Below are positions 11,326 to 21,939 of a stretch of 64,000 nucleotides of DNA, piece by piece. The stretch spans positions 1 to 64,000 of the forward strand of contig CAWFOM010000025.1 in NCBI GenBank assembly GCA_963817385.1, read 5' to 3'. The stretch comes from an uncultured delta proteobacterium. Lineage in GTDB: Bacteria > Desulfobacterota > Syntrophia > Syntrophales > UBA5619. The stretch's first letter is position 1. Each line of letters begins with the position of its first letter. A program made the translations under genes and the position numbers. The notes under the pieces were generated by a model. That model was not told where the DNA came from. It did no database searches and saw only the letters and a list, made by a program, of their open reading frames with translations.

Positions 11326-12230
11326 AGTGTTCCCGACCCCTCTTCCTTGAAGCGGTTGGAGAGATAATCGGCAATGAGATTGAAGGCCAGGGTGATGAAG
11401 AAAAGGACGATCCCCGTGGCGAAGAGGGCATGGTAATGGCCGCTCTGAAACGGCGCCTCGCCCATCTCCGCGGCGATGCTCGCCGGCATGGGCCGGACCG
11501 AATCGAAGATGCTCCGGGGAATCGCCGCCGATCCTCCGGCCACCATGAGGACCACCATCGTCTCCCCGATCGCCCGCGCCATCCCCAGGATCACCGCCGT
11601 GGAGATGCCGGAGAAGGCTGCGGGGATCGCGACCTGGACGATCGTTTCGTATTTGGTCGCCCCCAGGGCGTAGGAGGCCTCCTTGAACTCCCGGGGAACG
11701 GCGTAGAGGGCGTCCTCCGAGATGCTCGATATCGTCGGGATCGCCATGACGGCGAGCATGACAGAGGCGTTGACGATGTTGAGCCCCGTCGGCAGATCGA
11801 AGGTCTCCTGCATCCAGGGCGCGACGATGACCATCCCGAAGAAACCGAGAACCACGGAAGGAAGACCCGCCAGGAGCTCGATGACTGACTTCAATATCTC
11901 TTTAATCCGCAACGGGGCGATCTCCGAGATGTAAACGGCGGCCAAAAGCCCGAAAGGCACGGCGATGAGGCAGGCCAGGGCCGTCACGATCACGGAGCCG
12001 ACGATCAGGGGCCAGATGCCGTACTCCGGCGGATCGTACGTGGGATACCAGGCGGAGCCGAAGAGAAACTGGGTCACCGAGATCTGCTTGAACAGGGGGA
12101 GCCCTTCCCTAAAGAGGAAAAGGACGATCAGTCCCAGCAGGAGCACGGACAGAAAAGCGAAAAAGGCAAAGAAATTCCTGATGATGACTTCTCTGATCCG
12201 GCTCGTCAAGGCGCGCTTCCTGGTTTCCAT
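11322..12230 (-). CDS. pstC: Phosphate ABC permease
   Basis: ELLAGLPSVVLGFFG and ARAIGETM motifs. Confidence 0.95.
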   Translation of the reverse strand: METRKRALTSRIREVIIRNFFAFFAFLSVLLLGLIVLFLFREGLPLFKQISVTQFLFGSAWYPTYDPPEYGIWPLIVGSVIVTALACLIAVPFGLLAAVYISEIAPLRIKEILKSVIELLAGLPSVVLGFFGMVIVAPWMQETFDLPTGLNIVNASVMLAVMAIPTISSISEDALYAVPREFKEASYALGATKYETIVQVAIPAAFSGISTAVILGMARAIGETMVVLMVAGGSAAIPRSIFDSVRPMPASIAAEMGEAPFQSGHYHALFATGIVLFFITLAFNLIADYLSNRFKEEGSGTL

Positions 12231-12352
12231 GACACCCCGTTTCTCATGATCTACACCCGGGGGAGGGTGCGACGACCCGCTCTGGCGTTCCCGTTTCCCC
12301 AGCCTGCAAACCAGGATGTTTTTCAACACCCTCCTAACGTCCGTCCGTGTCC

Positions 12353-13184
12353 CTATTTCTTCACTGCCCCCGGCAGGGGAACGAAGCCTTCCTTGGCGAC
12401 GATCTTCTGTCCGGCGGAGCCGAGGACGAACATGATGAACTTAGCCGTCTCCCCCTTCGGCGCCCCGTTGGTGTACATATACAACGGCCGGGAAATCGGA
12501 TATGTCTTGGCAATCGCCGTTTTTGCCGAAGCCTGCACGCCATTCACCGTCAACCCTTTAACGGTCTTGTCGAGATACCCCAGGCCGATGTACCCGAGGG
12601 CGTATCGGTTTTTCGAAACCGCTTGGACGATGGCGCCGTTGGAAGCCTGCATCTGCGCCCGCGGCGTCACCTTGGCCTTATTCAGGACCAGTTCGTTCCA
12701 TGATTCGAAGGTGCCCGAGCTGCTGTCCCGCGAAATCACGACGATCTGCAGGTCGTCCCCGCCCACCTCCTTCCAGTTCGTGATCTTTCCCTGATAGATC
12801 TGGCTCAACTGATCGATTGTCAGGTCCTTGACCCGGTTCTGCGGGTTGACGATGGGCACGATCGCATCGATCGCCACGACGGCGGCCGTCGGATTGACCC
12901 CTTTCGTTTTCGCCAGCGCGACTTCGCTCCCCTTGATCTCCCGTCGATGAGGTGGCGATATCCGTCGATTGATCGATCAGCGCCTTGATCCCTTCGCCTG
13001 ATCCGCCGCCGGAAAGCGAAATCTTCGCCCCCGGATTCGCCTGCATGTAGGCCTCCAGGGCCGCCTGGGCGATCGGCAGAACCGTTGTCGATCCCTTGAT
13101 TACGATGTTTTCCGCCAAGGCGGTGCCGGCGCCCGCCAGCAGGCATAGCGCAACCAGAATAACCGGTCTTATATATTTTCTCAT
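12353..13184 (-). CDS. pstS: Phosphate-binding periplasmic protein; frameshift near 12945
   Basis: Signal peptide, GSTTVLP, GGGSGEG, SRDSSSGT and YPISRPLY motifs. Confidence 0.93.
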
Positions 13185-13212
13185 GTTGTTCCTCCTTTGG
13201 TTTGTTGGAGGG

Positions 13213-13268
13213 AGTATAGGGAACAATTGTTACACTATGATGACGGATCGATGAAGCTTCCGTGAAAA
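13213..13268 (-). promoter_or_regulatory. Pho box (four 11-bp units) plus -10 element of the pstS promoter
   Basis: Minus strand reads TTTTCAC-ggaa-GCTTCAT-cgat-CCGTCAT-cata-GTGTAAC, then 10 bp, then TATACT. Confidence 0.85.
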
Positions 13269-13374
13269 AGCGGCTCATCCGCTAACGGGCCGGTCGACCC
13301 CCCGCCGGCCGATCGGTGACTTCCCGTGCGGCATAACCAAGCTCGCATTCGATCCGCGCCTGGAGAACGTCCTG

Positions 13375-13547
13375 TCAGACGTCGTTAAACTCGGGCGGGT
13401 ATCGCACGACGCCCCCGCGGCAGGCGAATGCCCCTTCGACGGCGAAGAGCGTCGACAAGATGCGCCTCACCCGGCCGGCCGAATGCCTCCTCGTTTACCC
13501 GGCGGATGCCGTCTGCATCCCGGTTGTTCTTGCCGGATCGTGATCAT
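13375..13547 (-). pseudogene. Internally deleted YhbS-like GNAT acetyltransferase remnant
   Basis: N-terminal MITIRQEQP/DADGIRRVNEEAFGRPGEAHLVDALR is joined directly to C-terminal GVVRYPPEFNDV*. Confidence 0.7.
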
Positions 13548-13894
13548 GTATTACCTTCTGCGCGTATCTTGACACGCTTCTTTTTCGCGGTCAAGCTCAG
13601 CATCACACCCTCCCGACAACACAATCGGGAATCATTTTGCTAAATCGATCCATCATACTAATAGTTTTTACCTGCCATTAGGCGTCTATTTTATCCTCAT
13701 TGATTTATATCGCTGACGTCAGTAATTTATTCTCAACTAAAGAAAGGTGAAGGGTTATTAGCCTTGATCTGTAGGCACCATGGTTCACTAACGTTCAAAC
13801 GAAGAAGAAATATCAGGAGGCAATGAACCTTCTCAAGAGCCGCGTGAAATAACTTTTCACAACTCTATTGGACTGACGAGAATGGAGGAACTCA

Positions 13895-14110
13895 ATGGGG
13901 AAATCACTTTTTATGAAATGTCCTCGCTGTAGGGGAACAATGTTCCATGACAAATTTTACGGTCCGAATGATCAATTCTGGGGGTGGAAATGTTTGCTCT
14001 GTGGGGAGATTATTGACCCGGTAATTCTGGAGAATCGGCATTTGATGAGCACGGGCCAGGGAGTACATCTTCCGCGGGCGGGCATGCAAGTGGCCAAAAT
14101 GCATCCCTGA
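13895..14110 (+). CDS. Small zinc-ribbon hypothetical protein
   Basis: MKCPRC...WKCLLCGEIIDPVILENR; GGAGG RBS. Confidence 0.75.
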   Translation: MGKSLFMKCPRCRGTMFHDKFYGPNDQFWGWKCLLCGEIIDPVILENRHLMSTGQGVHLPRAGMQVAKMHP

Positions 14111-14211
14111 ACCGGGTATCCCCGGCTTATCGATTGAAGCTCTCCTTGAACAAGCTGCGGAGAATCTTAGATCCTTAAGAGGAACAACCCAATTTCTTCT
14201 TTTGTGGCTCA

Positions 14212-14231
14212 CCCCGCGGCTTACCGCGGGG
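14212..14231. terminator. GC-rich hairpin between convergent genes
   Basis: CCCCGCGG-ctta-CCGCGGGG. Confidence 0.4.
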
Positions 14232-14371
14232 AATTCGCCCGCAGGCGGATTCGCTCCTCATCGCGAGGGCCGCTCCGATGGCTGGATATCTCGATGACCG
14301 AAAAAAAGCATCGTGGCACTTCATCATCGGGGTAGAGACATCCTCATCGGTTCAGATGCGATAGTTAAATC

Positions 14372-16056
14372 TCATATCCTCGTCAACTGGCGATACTTGA
14401 TCCGGTGCGGCTGGCTCGCCGCGGCGCCGAGTCGGGCCTTTCGGTCTGTCTCATACTCAGAGTAGTTACCATCGAACCAGACGGTCGTGCTTTCCCCTTC
14501 GAAGGCCAGAATATGCGTGGCGATCCGGTCGAGGAACCACCGGTCGTGGCTGATGATGACGGCGCAGCCGGCGAAGTTCTCCAGCGCCTCCTCAAGGGCG
14601 CGCATTGTGTTCACGTCGAGGTCGTTGGTTGGCTCGTCGAGGAGCAGCACGTTAGCCCCCTCCTTGAGCATTCGCGCCAGATGGACGCGGTTCCGCTCGC
14701 CCCCGGAGAGCTGGCTTACCTTTTTCTGCTGGTCGGTTCCCGAAAAGTTGAAGCGCGAGACATAGGCCCGGGAGTTCATCTCGCGATTCCCGAGCAGAAT
14801 GATATCCTGTCCTTCGGATATAACCTCCCAGATTGTTTTGTCCGGGTTCAGGACGTCGCGGTTCTGGTCCACGTACGCCAGCTTGACCGTATCGGCAATC
14901 CGGATCGTACCCGAGTCGGGCTTTTCCTGGCCGGTGATCATCCGAAAAAGGGTTGTCTTCCCGGCGCCGTTCGGACCGATGATCCCGACGATCCCACCGG
15001 GCGGCAGGGAGAAGGACATCTTGTCAATGAGGAGGCGGTCGCCGTAGGCCTTGCTTACCCCTTCCACCTCGATAACGAGCTTTCCCAGGCGGGGTCCGGG
15101 CGGGACATAGATCTCCAGTTCCTTTGCACGGGCGTCCGTCTCCTGGGAGAGGAGGTTCTCGTAGGAACTGATCCGGGCCTTGGATTTGGCGTGGCGCCCT
15201 TTGGGTGACATTCGTATCCACTCCAATTCCCGCTGGAGGGTCTTCTGCCGTTCGCTTTCCGACTTTTCCTCCTTCTGGAGGCGGTTTCGTTTTTGTTCGA
15301 GCCATGAGGAGTAGTTCCCCTTCCAGGGGATCCCCTGGCCGCGGTCCAGTTCGAGGATCCAGCCGGCGACGTTGTCGAGGAAGTAACGGTCATGCGTAAC
15401 GGCGATCACGGTGCCCGCGTAGGACTGGAGGTGGTGCTCCAGCCAGGCGACCGATTCGGCGTCGAGGTGGTTCGTCGGCTCATCAAGGAGCAGGATATCG
15501 GGCTTCTGGAGGAGGAGCCGGCAGAGGGCGACCCGCCGCTTCTCGCCGCCGGAGAGGACCTTCACCGGGGTCTCACCCGGCGGGCAACGGAGCGCGTCCA
15601 TCGCCATTTCCAGCCGGGAATCAAGGTCCCAGGCGTCCGCGGCCTCCAGTTTCTCCTGGACCTTCGCCTGGCGATCGAGGAGTTTGTCATTGCCGCGTCG
15701 TCCATCGGTTCGGCAAACTTCTCATTTATCTCATTGAATTCGTTGAGAAGATCGACAGTTTCCTGTACCCCTTCCTCCACGATCTCGCGGACTGTCCTGG
15801 TCTCGTCCAGGTGCGGCTCCTGTTCCAGAAAACCGACGGTATGGTCCGGGGAAAGGATTGTCTTTCCGATGAAATCCGTGTCGACGCCCGCCAGGATCCG
15901 GAGCAGCGAGCTCTTGCCTGAACCATTGAGGCCCAGGACGCCGATCTTCGCTCCGTAGAAATAGGAAAGATAGATCTCCTTCAGGACCGGCTTCTTGTCG
16001 TAAACCTTACTCACTCCGATCATGGAGTAGATCACCTTATTCGGATCGTTGGCCAT
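14372..16056 (-). CDS. ettA: Energy-dependent translational throttle ABC-F protein; frameshift near 15685
   Basis: [43 protein letters not shown] and PHRIKYRQL motifs. Confidence 0.95.
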
Positions 16057-16223
16057 TATGTTTCTCCTTGCCTTGGGAAATGGGGGAGGTCGTCTCCCCA
16101 TTTATTTTTATCATTCAGATGCGGGATACTATCAGCAAAATGGCCCGGAGGGAAGCAGTTCTCTGCAGACCCGCGTCTCCGGCTATTTACACCGGGGAAT
16201 TCTCTATTATCGTCACTCGCATG

Positions 16224-16484
16224 TTACATGACCATGAGGATGGCCGGGTGCTGACGGAGCCGCTCATAGAGGCAGAGGCGGACAGGCTCGCTATCAACGG
16301 TCATTTCCACGTTCAGGCAGTGGTAATGCCCTTCTTTGCTGCTCCGCGAGGGGGTTACGGTGTGTTCGCTCTCCGCAAAGACCTCCGCAATTGCTCCGTG
16401 CAGGCTTTGCAGGTCGCGGCCTATCACCTTGTAGCACCAGCGGCACGGGTAGCAGATTTTCGGTTTACAGTCATTTTCGTTCAT
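16224..16484 (-). CDS. DUF493/YbeD-like protein
   Basis: IxYPCxWxYKVIG...SRSSKEGHY motif. Confidence 0.75.
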   Translation of the reverse strand: MNENDCKPKICYPCRWCYKVIGRDLQSLHGAIAEVFAESEHTVTPSRSSKEGHYHCLNVEMTVDSEPVRLCLYERLRQHPAILMVM

Positions 16485-16503
16485 CGGGTCTCTCTGCCCA
16501 TCA

Positions 16504-17368
16504 TTACTCCAGGAAGCGGTCAATACGACATGCCGTTTCCGCGATCAGACGCGTAAACGCCACGTCGTGGTACCCATTTTCTCCCTCGAGGAAAAAGGGA
16601 ATAATCTCCGCTTCCACCTGAAAAACCTCCCGGAGGCTTGCCCTGGTTTTCTCCTGTCTCCCGGCAATCTTCGCCGGTTCACCTCCGTAACGGTCCCCCG
16701 CTTCCTCGTTGAAGCCAAAATCGTCGATGACGAGGAGTCTCGTTATCTTGCCCGCAGAGAGTTGATCCTTCACGATTTTCCAGAACCGGATCTCTTCCTT
16801 CCAGGAGCCGATATCCGCGGAATTGGCGATAAAAACCGGGCAAGTGTATGGCAGCGCATTCCCGGAGATGTCGGTCCGCCCTGTCCCGGGAAGGAAGAAC
16901 TGATTTCCCTGCGGGGATATTCCATGCTTTGAGATTATTGATGATCTTTCCTGTTGCTTCGGCGTAGTGGTCTGTGGCGATGATCACGCCAATGTCCGGA
17001 TGTTCGCTCAAGCGTGCCAGGAGTGGTCGCCAGCGGGGGTCAATCCGGGAATGATCGAGGTAGCTCTCGACGAAGCGGGATGCTGCGGTCTCGATCTCCT
17101 CTGCGGATGCGCCGGGGGCAAGCCGGAGTGCGGCGATCCGCTCCGCCATGACACGCTTATAGCCTGCCGACGTTGTGCTCCCTTCGATCCAGGTGGGGTT
17201 CACGATCTGTTCCCAGAAGATCTCCGTGTTGGTGACGCCGAGGCCGGCAAGGCCGCTTTCCGCGAATGCCCGCATGAGGCTCTCCGGCCGGGCGAAGCGG
17301 GGCGCCTCCAGGCTGAGCGTGCCCGAATAATCGAAGATTATGAGTTTTTGAAGGGATGTCGCGTTCAA
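16504..17368 (-). CDS. HAD-like hypothetical protein; frameshifted
   Basis: IIFDYSGTL motif I-like sequence; continues in another frame to LVIDDFG. Confidence 0.55.
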
Positions 17369-17997
17369 TTTCTCCTCGCCAGCGCAGAGGCGATGATACC
17401 GGTCAGCTCCCGTGATGCTGCAAAAGGGTCAGGGGAGGCGCAGATTGCGGAAACCACGGCGACGCTGTCCGCGCCGGCCATGACGACTGCCTCGGCGTTG
17501 GAGGGATTGAGCCCGCCGATGGCAACGAGCGGGTGACGTGAAAATGCCCTGATCCGGCTGAGCCCCTCCAGGCCCCAGGGTTCCTTGGTGTCCGTTTTTG
17601 TCGGTGTCGCGAAGACGGGGCTTACGCCGAGGTAATCGACGTCGAGCCCCTCCGCTCGCTGCACATCCTCCCATGTCTCCACGGAAATGCCGATAATCGC
17701 CGCGGGTCCCATCAGTTTCCGGGCGATTTCGTATGGCATATCATCCTGTCCCACATGAACGCCGTCGGCCTCGACGGCGAGCGCCACATCGAGGCGGTCG
17801 TTAATGATCAGCGGCACCCTAAACGGCGCCATGAGCGTCTTGATCTGCCGCGCCTCTTCGACAAAAAACCGCGTCGTGACGTCCTTTTCCCGCAGCTGGA
17901 TGCAGGCGGCCCCTCCCCGGATCGCCTGGAGGACGACATCGGTGAGCGGTTTGTCGCCGCACAGACCGCGGTCGGTGACAAAATAGAGACCTTTCAT
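17365..17997 (-). CDS. thiE: Thiamine-phosphate synthase
   Basis: IQLREK, IINDRLD, GVHVGQDD, ATPTK and VAIGG motifs. Confidence 0.95.
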   Translation of the reverse strand: MKGLYFVTDRGLCGDKPLTDVVLQAIRGGAACIQLREKDVTTRFFVEEARQIKTLMAPFRVPLIINDRLDVALAVEADGVHVGQDDMPYEIARKLMGPAAIIGISVETWEDVQRAEGLDVDYLGVSPVFATPTKTDTKEPWGLEGLSRIRAFSRHPLVAIGGLNPSNAEAVVMAGADSVAVVSAICASPDPFAASRELTGIIASALARRN

Positions 17998-18090
17998 TGT
18001 TGATACTCTCCTGACAATGTGACCTCGCCAGGCCTCGGATCTTCCTTCACCGGGAAGGGAAGACAACGACGGAGGATTTTGATAGCTCCC

Positions 18091-18903
18091 TCACGATCCT
18101 GCTTCGATCTTTAGATACCGCTCTATATCGTCGGCGGTAAGGCGGTAGATGGCGTCGAGAAAATGGACCTGGAGAGTACCCGGTCCCAGGGAGCGGGCGA
18201 CCCCGATCTCTCCGGCGATTCCCATGACGGCCATCGCCTCCGCAGCGGCCACCGCAGGGTCGGAGGTGACCGCGGCAAAGGCGCCGCAGAGGGCCGTCGC
18301 CGTGCAACCGAGACCGGTCACGCGGGTCATCATGATATGGCCGTTTCGACTCCGGATCACCCCCGCACGCCCGATGGTGTAGTCCGTCTCACCGCTGATG
18401 CAAACGGCGGCGCCGCATTGGGCGTGCAATTTCCGGCCGATCTCCACGGCGGCGTCGGAAGAGGCGGTGCTGTCCACCCCTTTGGTCTTTGTGTCCGCAT
18501 CCAGAAGCGCCATGATCTCCGAAGCGTTCCCGCGGATGATCTCCGGGGGAAAGGTCCGGATCAGTTCACGCGCCGTACGCGTCCGGTAGGAGGTCGCGCC
18601 CGCCCCCACCGGATCGAGGACGATCGGGATCCGCCGTTTCCGGGCCGCTCCGGCGGCGCGGAACATAGCCCGCACCCAGGCAGGGCTCAGGGTGCCGATG
18701 TTGATAACGAGGGCGGAGGCGATGCCGACCATCTCTTCCACTTCCTCTTCGGCATGGGCCATGACCGGGGAGGCGCCGAGGGCGAGCAGGGCGTTGGCCG
18801 TGCTGTTCATGACGACATAGTTGGTGATGTTGTGGATTACCGGCGCTTTTTCCCGGATGGCCGTGAGAGCCGACCAAATATCGTTTGCGGTGATATTCGT
18901 CAT
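18091..18903 (-). CDS. thiM: Hydroxyethylthiazole kinase
   Basis: HNITNYV, ASPVMA, INIGTL, LDPVGAG, RGNASEI and VTGLGC motifs. Confidence 0.95.
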   Translation of the reverse strand: MTNITANDIWSALTAIREKAPVIHNITNYVVMNSTANALLALGASPVMAHAEEEVEEMVGIASALVINIGTLSPAWVRAMFRAAGAARKRRIPIVLDPVGAGATSYRTRTARELIRTFPPEIIRGNASEIMALLDADTKTKGVDSTASSDAAVEIGRKLHAQCGAAVCISGETDYTIGRAGVIRSRNGHIMMTRVTGLGCTATALCGAFAAVTSDPAVAAAEAMAVMGIAGEIGVARSLGPGTLQVHFLDAIYRLTADDIERYLKIEAGS

Positions 18904-18931
18904 TGTATGCACCTCGATAAAATATGGAGGA

Positions 18932-18960
18932 ATCTTACCGCGATTTCGGGGGAGTTGCAA
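18932..18960 (-). promoter_or_regulatory. Sigma70-type promoter for thiM-thiE
   Basis: TTGCAA-N17-TAAGAT on the minus strand. Confidence 0.55.
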
Positions 18961-19025
18961 GGCACAGGAAAAGGTTCTGACAGTGGGAGCTGTCGCCCGG
19001 GTGGGCGAGGTATCGGCAATACGAA

Positions 19026-19676
19026 TTATCGTTCGGAGTAGAGGAACCCCCGCTCGCGCATCCTCTCCAGAAGCGCCTCGGCCCGGGCCGGATTGAAGGC
19101 GCCGCACTCGCAGCACTTGGCCATCATCAGGGCGGCCCGCTTCGGCGTCATCCGCCGCAGGCGTACTTGCTCGATCATCTTCCTGACGAGGTTAAAGGAG
19201 ACCATGCCGTGGCCGCACATCGTGTTGAACTCCATGACCTCCCGCTCCGGAAGGCGGTCCTTCGCCCCCCAGATCCCGAGGGAGTGCTCCGCACTGTGGC
19301 GGGTGAGCCCCGCCTTCCGGCAACACTCTTGCACCTCGTCGAGGAGGCCGGTGATGTTGATGCAGATGCCAAGGTCCGCCCGGATAAGCTCCTCGACAAC
19401 CTTCTCCAGGGTGTCGAGGTCGGTGAAGACGGCGGCCGCCACGGTACCCTCTTCCAGATTGGTGATGAGGCTCTCGATGGCGATATCGTCCTGGTGCATG
19501 CTTCCCTGCTTGACATCGCCCATATTCACGGGATGGTATTTCCGGCAGATCCGCATGAATTCGCGGATCTTCGGTGCGGATCCTTCGCGGTTTATCCCTT
19601 TCGCCGTATGGACGAAGATGATGTAATCCCGTTTCAGGCTCTCCACGGCGCCCTGACGGTGAAGTGTATTGGTCAT
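19026..19676 (-). CDS. Conserved Cys-rich hypothetical protein
   Basis: MTNTLHR...TMCGHGMV...CCECGAFNP; translationally coupled to the Fe-S gene. Confidence 0.75.
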   Translation of the reverse strand: MTNTLHRQGAVESLKRDYIIFVHTAKGINREGSAPKIREFMRICRKYHPVNMGDVKQGSMHQDDIAIESLITNLEEGTVAAAVFTDLDTLEKVVEELIRADLGICINITGLLDEVQECCRKAGLTRHSAEHSLGIWGAKDRLPEREVMEFNTMCGHGMVSFNLVRKMIEQVRLRRMTPKRAALMMAKCCECGAFNPARAEALLERMRERGFLYSER

Positions 19677-20488
19677 GGTTCATCCTCCCGAAAGAGCGGC
19701 CGCCCCAGGCCGAGATTCGTCTTGCCGTTCGGAGAAAGGGCATAGCCGGCCTTCCGCACCCATTCCTCATGGGGTATCGTACCGTCCGGCAGACAGCGGG
19801 AGGCGACGCCGACGCTCATCACCGTATCGATCCGGTGTTGAACAGCGTCCAAAGCGCTCAAGAACAACGGAATCTTCTCCATCGTGGTTTTGAATTCGAT
19901 GATCGCGGAGAGGACCTTTTCATCCAGGACCGCCACCTTCATCCGGCCTGTTTTGCTGTCGGCGATGAGATGCGTTACGGGGTTATCCGGTTCGAAGATC
20001 GGTTCGAGCGGGGCCACTGCCATTATGACCTTCTCGACATCCCGGAAGAAGGCGCCGATACCGGGGCGGCCGATCTCGACGACGATCCCCGCCTCGCCCC
20101 GACGCAGTCGTCCGGTGACGTCATTGCTCTTGATCTCGTCGGTACCCCGGCCGGGTACGCCGGTTCCCGGATGGACGACCGAGGGGTTGCTGAACTGAGC
20201 CCGGATGTTGCGCGGCCAGGTCAGTTCAGGGGGCGTGAGCGCTCCGGTCGGGCAGAGGTCCGCATCGGCCAGGTATCCTAAGTTGAAAAGGGAGAGCACC
20301 TTCCTGATAAGGCGGACGAACCAGGCCCAATAGCCCTCACTCCTGAGCACCCGGTGGCAGGTAGAACACTCGACGCATTCCTCCTGATTCACCACCGATT
20401 TGCCGTCCGTATCGAGGGAGATAGCCCCCATCGTGCAGATGATGTGGCAGTTGCCGCACCCCACGCACTTCGTTTTATCGATCTCCAT
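19673..20488 (-). CDS. 4Fe-4S dicluster domain protein
   Basis: CVGCGNCHIIC and CVECSTC...CPTGAL motifs; C-terminal GRGTDEIKSNDVTGR region. Confidence 0.85.
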   Translation of the reverse strand: MEIDKTKCVGCGNCHIICTMGAISLDTDGKSVVNQEECVECSTCHRVLRSEGYWAWFVRLIRKVLSLFNLGYLADADLCPTGALTPPELTWPRNIRAQFSNPSVVHPGTGVPGRGTDEIKSNDVTGRLRRGEAGIVVEIGRPGIGAFFRDVEKVIMAVAPLEPIFEPDNPVTHLIADSKTGRMKVAVLDEKVLSAIIEFKTTMEKIPLFLSALDAVQHRIDTVMSVGVASRCLPDGTIPHEEWVRKAGYALSPNGKTNLGLGRPLFREDEP

Positions 20489-20773
20489 ATCATCCTCGGT
20501 GAAAAAACCACCCGCCAGTCCCACTACGAACGCCCCGGAACTTTCCCGTGACGGTTTGCCTCCCCCTCCGGAATAGGACCGGCCAGGCGGAGGGCAGTTT
20601 ACTAACACACCGAACCGCCTTTTACAACACCCTTTTATGAACCATAAAAGACCTGAAATTATTTTTTGATCGTTCTTCCCAACACCGCGGGGCTTGACAA
20701 AAAAATGCAATTGGTTGAATAATCACCCCATCCAAACGGTGCCCATTGATCGGCCGTCGCGGGAGGTAGTCCC

Positions 20774-21475
20774 ATGTTACAGGTGAAGCAATTTCGGTAC
20801 AGCGCCGATAACCTCGGTTATCTCGTTTACGGATCGACCGGAGCCATGGCCATCGATGGCGGGGCGACGGCGGCGATCCTCTCTTTTTGTGCGGAGCGCC
20901 GCCTCTCCCTCCTGTATGTCGCCAACACCCACGATCATCTGGATCATACCGGCGGCAACGAGGCCTTGCTGAAGGGGTCGAAGGCCCGCCTCCTCACCGG
21001 CGCCGATCTTTCCGACGGCATGCAGATCGCCCTCGACGGCGAAACAATCCGGGTCATCCGGACACCCGGTCATACGGAAGATTCCCGCTGTTTCACCGCC
21101 GGCAATGCCCTCCTTGCCGGGGATACCCTCTTCAACGGGACGATCGGCAACTGCTTTTCGGGGAACAGTGAGGGGTTCTACCGCTCCATCAAGAGGCTGA
21201 TGGCGCTCCCCGACGAGACATTGGTTTACGCCGGCCACGATTATGTCCGGGATTCGCTGGCCTTTGCAAAGCGTCTCGAACCGGAAAACCGTGCCATCGA
21301 TGATTTTCTCGGGCATTACGATCGGCAACATGTCGTCTCTACCCTGGCGGATGAGAAAAAGATCAATCCGTATTTCCGGTTCAACGAACCGGGAATCGTG
21401 AACCTTCTGGCGAGGCTGGATCTCCCCCGGGAGACTGAGTGGGAGCGCTGGCAGTCGCTGATGAGCATCGAATAA
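20774..21475 (+). CDS. gloB: Hydroxyacylglutathione hydrolase (glyoxalase II, MBL fold)
   Basis: DNLGY, THDHLDHTGG, TPGHT, GDTLF, AGHDY and EKKINPYFR motifs. Confidence 0.85.
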   Translation: MLQVKQFRYSADNLGYLVYGSTGAMAIDGGATAAILSFCAERRLSLLYVANTHDHLDHTGGNEALLKGSKARLLTGADLSDGMQIALDGETIRVIRTPGHTEDSRCFTAGNALLAGDTLFNGTIGNCFSGNSEGFYRSIKRLMALPDETLVYAGHDYVRDSLAFAKRLEPENRAIDDFLGHYDRQHVVSTLADEKKINPYFRFNEPGIVNLLARLDLPRETEWERWQSLMSIE

Positions 21476-21559
21476 CAGCGCCCGCGCTCACCCTTCCTGG
21501 CGAAAATGGAAGAGGTCAGGGCGGGGTGGATGCGGAAGAATTAATAAGGAGAAAAAACC

Positions 21560-21931
21560 ATGAAATTCCGATTTTACCACAACAATTTTAATGTCCTTGA
21601 TCTGGATAAGAGCCTCCGCTTCTACCAGGAGGCCCTCCAACTCAAGGAGGTCCGGCGAAAAGAGGCCGCCGACGGGAGCTTCATCCTTGTTTTCCTCGGC
21701 GACGGCGAGACCGGTCACCAGCTCGAACTCACCTGGATGAGAGACCGGAAGGAGCCTTACAACCTCGGGGACAACGAATTTCACCTGGCGTTCATCGTGG
21801 ACGACTTTGCCGCGGCGCATGCCCACCATCAGAAGATGGGATGTATCTGCTATGAAAACGAGAAGATGGGGATTTATTTTATCAACGATCCCGATGACTA
21901 CTGGCTGGAGATCGTCCCCACCAGGCGGTGA
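21560..21931 (+). CDS. gloA: Lactoylglutathione lyase / VOC family protein
   Basis: HNNFNVLDLDKSLRFY, LELTW, HLAF and DPDDYWLE motifs. Confidence 0.85.
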   Translation: MKFRFYHNNFNVLDLDKSLRFYQEALQLKEVRRKEAADGSFILVFLGDGETGHQLELTWMRDRKEPYNLGDNEFHLAFIVDDFAAAHAHHQKMGCICYENEKMGIYFINDPDDYWLEIVPTRR

Positions 21932-21939
21932 CGTCTGAC

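Noticed and set aside
18904..19025. TPP riboswitch upstream of thiM-thiE
   Set aside because: No CUGAGA/ACCUG core, and the predicted promoter leaves too short a leader.
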